A stretch of 62,980 bases of DNA, filler included, from Choristocarpus tenellus KU-1152 (taxonomy: Eukaryota; Protista; Phaeophyceae), in NCBI GenBank assembly GCA_964200185.2. It is 9 parts of 9 records of this genome, joined end to end, with 100 filler letters (N's around TTAATTAATTAA, not from the genome) between each part and the next. Parts side by side here need not be neighbours in the genome. Positions count along the whole stretch, not along the records: positions 20,360 to 28,838 come from CAXNAD020004665.1; positions 28,939 to 33,591 come from CAXNAD020013624.1; positions 33,692 to 37,300 come from CAXNAD020018977.1; 6 more parts are not named here. One strand, 5' to 3'. The notes under the pieces are model-generated. The model worked only from the letters and a program-made list of their open reading frames with translations, was not told where the DNA came from and did not search any database. The number at the start of each line of letters is the position of its first letter. The first letter of the stretch is position 1. The translations under genes and the position numbers were made by a program. Below are positions 26,455 to 37,400 of this stretch, piece by piece.

Positions 26455-28459
26455 GTTTGATTTTTGTGTTGCAATTGATTTGCTTTAGTGCGATTTTGTG
26501 ACATTACCAACACAACGGGATTTGGTTATTGATTTTGTTATGTTACTGAGACGATATATACTTTGGTTATCTTTGACAGTTGGTTGTAGGATGTGAAATT
26601 GGAATGTGAAATTGGAATGTGAATGTGCCGTTGTCACATAGGGTTAGGGCTTGTGTTGGTTTAACAAAGCACGATTGGATAGGGACAGGCAGAGCCTGCC
26701 TCTTTTTTTCTCCGCTTTTAAGGTTCTGTAAGGTGATGAACAATGATAATGGCAATATGATGTTTTTGTGATAATTTGATTGAGATTAGGAATGACTTGC
26801 AAGCATACTTGAAGAAGTGAATGGACAGGCGCGGTAGCTTTCCAGGCGTGAAATGAAGGGTTTTGTGTTTTTGCTGCCTGAAGTTAACCTTTTTTTGTTT
26901 TGAAGAGGGTCAATATATATTACCTCTAAAAAATAAGATGGAAGTTATTTTTTTTTTTAACTTTACATGTTCTATTTTTTTTGGTGAGGTATCGCGACTA
27001 ACAAGTCGAAAATCTGAAGAGATTTCTATACAAAACCCATAGTCATGAATGACTATATAACTGTACGTGTACTCCCCAACCTGTTGAAGCCTTCTCAAGA
27101 ATCTTCCATTTTTGGTGCTTTTGTTGTCAAAGTCCTTCCTCCCCCCTCCCCTCCAACCACTGTTTTGTGTGTTCAGTCCCTCTAATGTGCCTCTATTGTT
27201 TTGCTTGTACTTTTTTAAAAATTAACATTTAAAACCTTTTTTTTTTTTTCTCAAGACTGGAAACAGGTTACCACAGCATCTGGTGTTGTGTACTATATCA
27301 ATATAATCACTGGAGAAACTTCTTGGGAACCTCCTGACTGTAACACAGGTGGTGTGGTGGGGGCAGAGTGTGAGGACCATTCTAGTGAATCTAGAACAGG
27401 GCGAGAGCACAGTGAGTTTGACGGCTCTTGTTCATGGATTCCTGCTAAGCCTTGTTTTGTGGGGTTGTTTTGTTTTATTTTTTGTTTTGAAAATTCAAGT
27501 TTTGCGCCTCTTTTTTTTTTTTGGTAGTAGAGATCTTGGTGCACGGTCGAGGGTGTGGGGGGATGGGGAGGGTTGATTGCTTGTAGTCATTCCCAGCAGC
27601 TACAAGTTGCAGGTCATTTTTGATGGGTATGTGTGGGTTGAGGTGTCTTGGGAAGGGGGGAAGGGGGTGATGAAAGCTGTTTCCTCGTTGTGCTATTTTT
27701 ATCATTGTGAATATTTGGGGTGTAGTTTGATTACGGGTTTTGATTGCTCTAGGAGCTGGACTACTGGACACCATAGTCCACATTGTTGTACGTATTCTAT
27801 TCATATTTGTCCCAGTCTATCTATACCTCCCCCTTTGTCGAATATTTAGACGTCATTGTGTCACTGGGCAGACAATTGCATGATGAACTGCTCCTGTGGT
27901 ACACTGGTATGTCAGTTATTAATGCCCCCCCCCCCCCTGGGACTGAGATGTTATGTCCATGCAAGAATAATTTCTTTATATTTGATACTTTCCTCCTGCC
28001 CACCCCATAACCCACTTTTTTTTCATACCCAATTCCCACGACACAACAAAAGCTGCAGCAGAACTAGTGCCTGAGGATGCTGATCTTTATGCTGGGGCAG
28101 ACGTCCTAAACGTCCTCTTTAGTTCCTGGAAGAAGGACTGCTCAACCACACCACTGGAGGCAGCTCGTGGTTCAATGGTCGGTGCACTGACCGGACCAGG
28201 TCTCAAGGTCAGTATTGCCTGTAACCCCCCTCCCCCCCTCCTCCACCATCTTTCCCTGGCTAGTGAATCATGGCCTTTTTGTTTTCAGTGCTGCTATAGG
28301 TTGACTGAAGGGTTGGGTGGTGGGTCCGCGGTTGATTTGACCTCTATCAGTGGAAGAGGTCAAGTTGGTTCTTGGTGGCTTAACTCCGTTTTAATCCAAT
28401 TTTAATCCAATTTTGCAACCCTTGTTTTGTGTGGCCACTTGTTTTTAGGTGTGGAAGGC

Positions 28460-28503
<44 letters not shown>

Positions 28504-28748
28504 GTTAGTGCCTGGACTTGGAAAGTTGTGGGTGATTGAGGCACTGGTGTGTTCTACTGTTGCTGTTTGTTCTGCTTGATTATTTTTAACCTCTGAAGAA
28601 ATTTGCTACTACTACGTCTGAACTCCTTTCCCCCTTCCTGTTTGCATGTGATACAATATTTCTTACGTCATTTATTTTGCAGGCTACCAAGTGTCGACAT
28701 GGTACCACTCTCACTCGGATCCTTTTCCTTACTCCCAATAATAAGGAG
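21680..28748 (+). CDS. Multi-WW-domain protein (4 WW) followed by the start of a PH-like domain, partial; exons 21680-21832, 22930-23055, 23321-23371, 24901-24963, 25667-25870, 27256-27411, 28059-28207, 28683-28748
   Basis: All GT-AG, phase-compatible, no stops. WW repeats: [117 protein letters not shown]. Then LTGPGLKATKCRHGTTLTRILFLTPNNKE (PH beta1-beta2-like; weaker call). Confidence 0.88.
22490..22860. repeat. 27-bp intronic minisatellite (atgtttgtgatatatgatgtatgtttt), about 13 copies
   Basis: Direct reading; explains the periodic ORFs (KHTSYITNI, YDVCLMFVI). Confidence 0.92.
24278..24319 (+). repeat. Interstitial telomere-like (TTAGGG)7
   Basis: Seven perfect units in an intron of the WW gene. 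Confidence 0.95.
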
Positions 28749-31127
28749 GTAAGTCCCCCCCCCCCACCCCCCCCACACACCCCCCCCCCCCCCCCCCCCC
28801 CCCCCCCACCCCCCCGGGCTCCCCCGCCCTCTCTCTGCNNNNNNNNNNNNNNNNNNNNNNNNNNNNNNNNNNNNNNNNNNNNTTAATTAATTAANNNNNN
28901 NNNNNNNNNNNNNNNNNNNNNNNNNNNNNNNNNNNNNNCCCCCCCCAGATACTTTGGGTCTCATCAATCGAATGAAACCGACAGTGAAGGGAAACTGCAG
29001 GGATACTGCTACTGATACAGATACTGCTACTGCTACTGCTACTGATATTGATACATGGTCCAAGTACACGTGAAGATAGCATGGCAAGAAAGTTGGCATT
29101 TTTTCAACTAACGCATTTACTGTTGGTGTTCATACTACAGGTGTGTCAGACAATATGTGTACAGTTGTTTTTAGAATATATAATCTATATATGTTTTTTA
29201 GTACGATTCGAGAAAGGTGCAGCTGTAGTTAGAGAGAATAGTGCAAAAAACAATATAACAATGGGAGTGTACTCCTGGGGTGAAGACCATTGGCAATCAT
29301 TTGTTTGTTATTCTTGTTGCTCTGGGCTTAAACCTGTCTGTCTTCTTACCGACCTCCCTACTTAACTAGCCAGGTACCCAAGGATATCAATGTTGATATT
29401 GACATATGTTTTAGGTGTGCTCTGGAGTCATGTGTCTATGAATCACGGAGTTTTGCAAGTACGAATTTTCACTGGACTGGGCAAAGTCACCATACCATGC
29501 CGATACCTTGGTAAGGCATGTTTATCAGGACAATTCCTGGGTTGTCAGAGATTTAAAACCAGATGGGGCGGCAGCTTGGTGTTGGTAAAGAATCTTTTAA
29601 TAGAACTGGTCTAGTACTGTCTCATATTTTAACCAGTCTGGTCTGGGCTGCAGGCTAGCCCTGGTGAAACATGGTTTAATGGTGTGTGTCAGAGAGATTG
29701 TAACTGAACCAGTCCATAGGCTTGCCTGTGACCCCAGTCCTGTGAGGAGTTCTGGTTAACTGCCTATTCTATGAAATGTCCTTAGCTGCCTGCTGTTGGC
29801 ATGTAAGAGACTTGTTGTAGACTAAGCCTGAACACATCATTTTTTTTTAGATTATTTGATTTATCTGTGTATTTTGAAGGTAGAAATTCAGTCTTGGTAA
29901 AGGTATAATTACTCCTATTTTGTTCTTCAAATGATCAACATTGGGTATTTGTCACTCTCTTGCCCCCCCCCTCCTCTCCCCCGTCCCCAATCCAACTAAC
30001 AAGGCCGATTTTGTTGGGCGGTGCAGCACAAATCTCTGAGAAAACTGATTATATTTGTATTGTATACTCTGTACTGTCAGCAAGATGCCTTGTGCTAGCT
30101 GCCATTTTCTAGAAGTTAGCAATCAGAGATTTCTAAAGTTCATTCAACTACCCCTTTTCCCCCAAGTGTTCTTTTTTACCTACATACTCCCCACCTTTCT
30201 ATTAGAGGAAACTATGCGGGGATACATGTTTTATGTACTAGTATGTTGTAGTGTAGTTGAGAAAGAAAATCAAGGTCTCTCAAAAATTCTTGACTTGTGA
30301 TACCTCATATATATATATATATTTATATGAGTATATTTCTGTATAATTTTATCTATCTGTTTTTTACTATTCTACAAAATATATATTTTTGTTCTTGTTT
30401 TCTTGTGCTAGTTGGTACTGAGGGTCTTACTATATGTGATGTCCGAGACCTGTTGGACTAATTCAAAAATAACACAATACAATACAGCACAATGATGGAA
30501 GAAGAAGAAGAAGAAGTAACTAACCTCTCAAGTTGTACATCCAACAACCACTGCTGTAGTTTCCATGGTTTAAAGCACGGAAGTAAACTTTGTTTTAGAT
30601 GGGAACTCAGCTTGATTTAGGGGGGTATCTGAATATGTGCTGTGAGGTTATATTGTAGTATAGTCTAACTCCAAAAACAACTATGAGTGTATGCACTCCA
30701 TTATCAAAATGGGACATTCAAAGTACTCTTGGTCTGCATGTTGGTCCTTACCACATAGACAATCCCAGGGATACACCTCGTTAGTTTGTCATGTTCAATC
30801 TCCAATTTCTTTGGGAAACGTATTTCATACCAATTGGGAGCCTTTACGTTTCATCCGTGATGTCTCCGTACTTTGTCACTCCGGCTCCACCTTTCCGCGC
30901 TCCTGGTTTTGCTCTTCTTTGCCTTGTCTACTCTACTCTACTTCACTTCAATGTTAAGAGCTAAGGTTAGGGTTAGTATGCTCTCTGATGGAATGATTTA
31001 AAATTTGATAGTTTTATGTTTTTGACGACTGCCTCTCTTTTGTTGCATATTTTTTTTCTGCTTTTTTTTTTAGAGACGTTTGACTCCACCCTTCACCCTT
31101 GACAAACCATGAATTACAAATCACCAG

Positions 31128-32229
31128 CCTACGGTCTTTGGTCGATTGTGGGAAGGGTGTGACCCAACGGAAATTGGCTCTCCTGTCATCTCATACGCTG
31201 ATTACACTACCGACGTAGTGTTTACCCCCTCACCTACCTACGTTCCAAATACTACTACTACTAACACCTCGATGGTTGGATACATGCATGCCCCAGTTTC
31301 TCCTTTTGATTTGACAATGACAGGGTTGATCACACATCTTCACCAACTAGTGCAGACTTATCAAGAGAGTGAGATAGGGAAAATTATATTATTCCTTTAG
31401 GGTGTTGTTTGTTTCGAAGTGGATGAGGTGTTTATATTGCAGGTAGACATTTGGTACAATATAGCAATGGGTTTGAGTGTATTGTGAAGTTCTCTATCAG
31501 TGCAGGCGTTTCATGATAGTGGTGTTTACGTCTCTGTGTATGTTTGCCATCTTCCTTGCCCTGATTCATCTCTGATCTTTCTCTCTCTCTTCTACCTTTT
31601 TGATCGTTGTTTTTTTTTAGATGGATTAACTTGATAATAGTGTAGGGAATAATACAGCTTTGAACAGGACTAGTTGCATTCTATAGGAAGGCGTGTGAGT
31701 ATGGGGCTGGTATGCATCTCAGGAGTGTTGCATGTAAATTTATCTCTGACATGTTGGGTAGATACACAATGGGACTCCAGACCTCAACCCTTTTGTTTGA
31801 GTGTAATTGTAATTGGGAAGTGATATCGACAAGTGCACTAAATACTTTGAAGCAACTATTTTGTTTTACTTTAGTTTGTGTGAGTATGAATTGACTGACA
31901 GTTACATTTTTGTGATACCTTCAAATTGTGACCGAGAATCTTAAACCCATGCTTGACTAGGTGATCCGGATAATTTGGATGGCTTACTTCAGTGCTTTTC
32001 TCTCCATGTTTTGTGCATGTCGATCAAAAACCATGACCCACTTGGCGTTACCAGAGAGGAGAACCCTCAAGGGGGTGATGGCAGTGATGGAGGGATTGCA
32101 CCACAGACCATGACCCTAACCATCATTGAGATATGCTCTGGGGCAGTGGCTATGATGGTGATGGTTGGCATAACTCCAGTGCTTGTAAAGAGAAATGGAA
32201 CTGGGAGTCACCAGGGAGTCTATATGAAG
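31128..32229 (+). CDS. Two candidate exons (31128-31274; ~32055-32229), possibly the Thr/Pro-rich stalk and TM helix of a single-pass membrane protein
   Basis: cag|PTVFGRLWEGCDPTEIGSP..TPSPTYVPNTTTTNTSM|gt and ccag|..GIAPQTMTLTIIEICSGAVAMMVMVGITPVLVKR..MK|gtgag. The phase join between them is not clean. Confidence 0.35.
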
Positions 32230-34154
32230 GTGAGGGGCTAGAAGAGATTGAGGCAAAGAAGAACTGTTCATATTAGGAAGAAGAATCTTGGATTGTACAA
32301 ATGACCAGTAACATGAGATTGGGCTCTTCATTTTTTACTCTTCTGAGAGATGTTGAGGTTTTGGGTGTGTTGGAACAAGATGTTGCCCTGTGGTGAGGAG
32401 GGCAATTTTAATTTATTTTTTGTTAAGAGTAACTGGCTCTATTAACGAGCAAGAGATAGAGGGAAGGGAATTGCTTTGTCACTATCAATCAATGTACTTA
32501 CTGTACTCCACTATACAGTATTTATGAAGACCTGCACTTGGAAGTGTCTTTTATTTGACAATTTTTCTTAATGAAATTATCTCTATTCTTGTGGTAGTGA
32601 GGAGTTTATTATTGTTGTTTTGATCCGGGGCTAATTATTTGGTTAATTCTAATCAGATCAATCACGATTAAAATTGATATGGAATATTTCTCGACTGATT
32701 GTTGCATTGTTCTGTGAGTCATCTAGGTGTGTCACCTGTAAATGCCTCCGAATGTTCCTGTTCGTGTTGTGTGTATGTAATGACTCAAGCTTACTCACAT
32801 ATATTGTTAGCCTTGTCAATTTTGCCTGTGGTGGAGGGATGCTCTCACCAGGCAAGAGGACTATCTTCTGTTGTGACTGCATTGCTTGCCATTTCGCAAC
32901 GACCAAAAAAATCCATTTTTATTCAAAGGCTGTAATGAATACCTGAACTGTGTACAATTGGAAGTTGCAGATACACTTGGTTCACAACTCTTGAGGTTTA
33001 TCGGTGTATCTTTTTTAAGAATCTTTCTTATTTTGTATTGTAAAACGTTTGTGAAAGTTTGTCAATGTGGTGGTTTTTAATGAATAGTACAGTAGAAACA
33101 GTCGTTGTAATCCTTTTTTACTGATTTTTTACAGTTTATTTCTACCTCATATTTTTCATTTTGTGGTATCTTATGAACGAACAGATTACCACACCGTATG
33201 TATGTTAGGTGTCAGATATTTTATGAGAAGATTTTGTAATTTTATGACACCACTTTCTCTCAAGTGATAATAAATCCTCTCAACTTACCATCATTTTCTA
33301 TTAACTTATTTTGAACTGTCATTTTCAATATTGCCCACCTTGTAAGAACAGTGGATTTGGAGAATTGAGGCAGGAGCGGGGTATTGAGGATGGGTTCTGA
33401 TCGAAAACGGTTCGGAAAAAGTACCGATAAGTTTTTTTTGAGAATGCTTCGGCACTTTTAAGGGCCCGGGATGTGTTTTAAAATATATATATTTCGGCAC
33501 TTTTTAAGGGCCCCGATATATTTTTATTCAAAAATATTTCGGTACTTGTGGAGGGCACCGCTACGATTTGGAAGCGACCTCGACCAAGCCTNNNNNNNNN
33601 NNNNNNNNNNNNNNNNNNNNNNNNNNNNNNNNNNNTTAATTAATTAANNNNNNNNNNNNNNNNNNNNNNNNNNNNNNNNNNNNNNNNNNNNTGTTGGAAG
33701 TGATTGAGAAATGAGTGAGAGGTGGGTGCGTTTTTTCCCCTCTGGGAGTTTGATGAGTCAAGGGGGTGCATTTGGTTCCAATTGAGGGGGGGAGTTTGAT
33801 ATGCCCTTGATGGGAAGGGACATTGTCTGATCGCCGTTGTAGCATATCAAGGGAGTCCTTGATGGGAAGGGACATGTTGTACTTGGTCATGCAAATCCTT
33901 GATGGGAAGGGACATGGTGTGATCATTGACGCACGAGGCGTGTGCATGGGGTTGACTCGGTGTGTGTGTATATATATATAATATATAAATATAAATATAA
34001 TATATAAATATAAATATAATATATATATATAAATATAATATGTATGTATTATTATAGTGTTTTGATAGCATATATAAAAGAAGGTATGATAACGCCTTCT
34101 AAGATTTTTGTGCAGGTGTGATTCCCACCACCTCAAGATCAATCACCCTACGTA

Positions 34155-34325
34155 TGGATTACTGTACTTGATAATAAAATCAAGATTACTGTACTTAATA
34201 AAAAATCAAGATTACTGTACTTGATAATAAAAAAATCAAGATTACTATACTTGTTAATAAAAATCAAGATTATTGTACTTGATAATAAAAAATCAAGATT
34301 ACTATACTTGATAATAATAAAAAAT
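34155..34325. repeat. ~30-bp tandem repeat (aaaatcaagattactgtacttgataata) just upstream of a WDR55 exon
   Basis: About six copies by direct reading. Confidence 0.9.
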
Positions 34326-34350
34326 CTTCCTCTCGTTGTGTTTGACTCAG

Positions 34351-35860
34351 GCCACCCCCACTCCGTGGACACCCTTCTCAAGCTGGATGAAGATACGGTC
34401 TTGACTGGCTCCAGCGATGGGATCATCAGGTGGGTGTGACATTAATGACTTTTCCAGGTATACATTTAGTTAGTTGTCGTGCTTTTGTTGCAGGACGTTT
34501 AGAGTCAGATTATCCTAGAGTTTAGAGGGGGACGGATGTTTTTTTGGGGTGTTAGGGTTAGGGTTAGGGTTAGGGTTAGGGTTATTTAGTTGACAAGGGG
34601 ATTGCAAGTGTGATGATGTCTGATACCCCCCCTTTTTTATTGTGGCCTGAACTCAGATCGCTGTATGTAGTAGAAATGGAGTGTCTGTATGTAGTAAAAG
34701 AGTTATCTGTAGGTAGATGGTTTGATGTTGGGTTAGAGGACATAGCGGACATAGAGATGAGAGATCTCTTTAGTAACATCAATGGCGGCCTCCCTGTACT
34801 GGTAGGATACCTTAGATACCTTTTGACCCTTTTTCTCATGGAGTCAAATACTGTCATCATTTCAATGATTGGTAACAAACACTTTTGTGCTTTTGTCCGA
34901 ACACTTTTGTGCTTTTGTCTCGGTGGCAGTAGGCGTGTATGCTGGAGGGTTTTGTATAGAAGTAGCCTTTTTCTTTATTGGTGCGACTTGATGGTAGTCT
35001 TAATTACATAATAATAAAGTATTGTGGTATTGATCATAATAATAGTCTGAGGGAGGAAGGGGGAGTTGTTCAGGGCTTACCAAGGTCAACCCAAGATGGT
35101 TTGAGCAAAATTGTGAACTTTGTGGCATTGACATAAACAATGTGACCTTCATACCCCCCCACCCCCCATCTTCTGCTGTGGTGTGTGAACATTATGGTTC
35201 TGTTGTGGTAGGGTGGTGAGCCTTCAACCTGACAAGTTCCTGGGTCTGCTGGGAGACCACGAGGATTTCCCTGTGGAGTCAATTGAGGTTAGTACTTTGT
35301 TGTGGGTGGAGATGTGAGGGGCATCTATTATATTTATTATTATATTTAGTGGTGTGATTCTCACCTCAATGATAATGCCTTTATTTTGTGGTACTTTGTG
35401 AATACAATAATAATACAAATATGATAATGATACAGATATGATTCCCCCTCAGTATTATTTGCATCTTGAGTTTATAACTGTCTATTTTTTGTTGCATCAT
35501 ATTTTCCATTTTTTGGAAGGATTTTCTCCCTCTCTTTTGTTGCTGTTAATTTTTTGTTTCTGCAAACATTTCCTCGTCTCCTGCGATGCATATTGTTTAC
35601 ATGTTTTTTGAGATTCTCAATTTCTTTTTATTCTTCCCCCCCCCCCCCCACACACACTCCATTTTTAGTTCTCACGAGATAAGAAGTGGATTGGCAGTGT
35701 CTCACACGACTCCAAGGTTCGGTTCTGGCATGTAGAGTATCTTTTCGAAGAGGAAGAGGAAGAGGAAGAGGAAGAGGAGGCAGGGGGGAGAGAGAGGGCT
35801 ATGGAGGAGGGCACAGGAGTTGGGGCTACTACTAAGGGAGGTGGGAGTGATGAGAAGTAA
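34351..35860 (+). CDS. WDR55: WD repeat-containing protein 55 (JIP5 family), C-terminal part; exons 34351-34429, 35212-35287, 35669-35860
   Basis: Spliced GHPHSVDTLLKLDEDTVLTGSSDGIIR|VVSLQPDKFLGLLGDHEDFPVESIE|FSRDKKWIGSVSHDSKVRFW followed by an acidic tail. Matches the WDR55 pattern SVDALLKLDED..ITG..DG.IR...LPN....H..YPIE..SHD. The true end is uncertain (TAA at 35858-35860, or an earlier donor). Confidence 0.88.
34552..34584 (+). repeat. Interstitial telomere-like (TTAGGG)5
   Basis: Direct reading, in a WDR55 intron. Confidence 0.93.
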
Positions 35861-37186
35861 TAGTAATATGGTTTAAAAAAAGTTAGGGTTAGGTTTTGGC
35901 ACCTAATAGGCAGTGTTGTAGGAAACAGTCTTGGGACAGAGGCTGTGTATATATATGTATGTATGTATGTATGTATATAAGTGGTCTTCTTTTTGATTTT
36001 TGTAGGTCTGTAGGCTTTTCACTAGTTCCTTCCCCTCCCCCCTCCCCCTGATTTCATTTTTATTCTTTTTCTTTTGTGGCTGGATTGTTTGTGTGGAAGT
36101 GGTCTGCTATTCAAATAGTACCAGCAAACCCTGAAAGTTGTCCCCCTTCCCCCCAAAGTATACTGTGGGTGATTGAAAGGGCGATGGCTGTACTGCTGTT
36201 TGAAGTTAAATAAATAGACATGGTTTGAAATATAATAAATAAATATGGTTCAAAATAAATAAATAAATACGGTTTGAAAAAAATAAATAATATGGTTTAA
36301 TATAAATATAAATACGGTTTGAAATTAAAACATGAAATAAAAATGTGATTTACTCTCATTTTTGTTATGTTTGTTGTTATGTTTATTGTGTTTGTCCCAA
36401 GAAGGCGGTTCCATTATTTGGTGTCATTCTCCAGTCAAATAACGTCAAATAACGTCAAAATTTGAAATTTTCCGTTTTATAGCGTTTTACATTGGATTCT
36501 GTTCCAGATGTTGGAAACTGATTGCATATTGATATATATACATATTGATATATATATATATTGTGGGATTGAAGATGAGGTGAGTTGGATTGGAATGATG
36601 CTGCCAACTCCCAACCTGCTGTTGCATTTGCCGCTTGATATATATTTTTTGGGTGATGATTCACTCTTTTTCTTTGTCTGTCTTCATATTATATTTACAA
36701 CTTGTACAACATTTTTAACATTTTTAACATTTTTCTTGCTACACTGCCCAGTTATTTTTTCTTTTTCTATTTCTATCATTTTTGTCAAGTGGGGGGGGTG
36801 GGGGGGTGGGGTGGGGGGGGGATGAGAGGAGGGAGGGGGCTATGATGAAGATATTTGTTGATTTTTTTTTGTCTGTCATACTGGATTTTTTTGGGGGGGG
36901 GAGGGAGCAAAATGTACACTTTGATGCTGTTTATTGATACTGTTTATTGATACTATTTATTGATACTATATATTGATACTGTTTATTGATAATGTTTGTC
37001 ACACACCCTTTCATCTTTTTGCCAAGGACTTGCATTTGTTCTGTTGGTGTAGCAAAGCCAACGCCTTCTATGTTTTTGGCTATGTGTTTTTTGGAGTTAC
37101 TGTAGTACTGTTACATTGCTGGATGGAGAGCCCCCCAAATGTATTTTGTTGAAGCTGGCTAGCTTGGGGGTGTCAGTATCGGTTGT

Positions 37187-37300
37187 GTCATGTAATGGAG
37201 TACAACATACATAAGGAGTAGTCATGTAATGGAGTACAACATACATAAGGAGTAGTCATGTAATGGAGTACAACATACATAAGGAGTAGTCATGTAATGG
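37187..37300. repeat. Perfect 34-bp tandem repeat (gtcatgtaatggagtacaacatacataaggagta) running into the contig end
   Basis: About 3.4 identical copies with no spacers. Confidence 0.93.
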
Positions 37301-37400
37301 NNNNNNNNNNNNNNNNNNNNNNNNNNNNNNNNNNNNNNNNNNNNTTAATTAATTAANNNNNNNNNNNNNNNNNNNNNNNNNNNNNNNNNNNNNNNNNNNN

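Noticed and set aside
37187-37300. 34-bp repeats (also the 56-bp and 27-bp repeats) as a CRISPR array
   Set aside because: Head-to-tail units with no unique spacers, no cas genes, and a eukaryotic intronic context.
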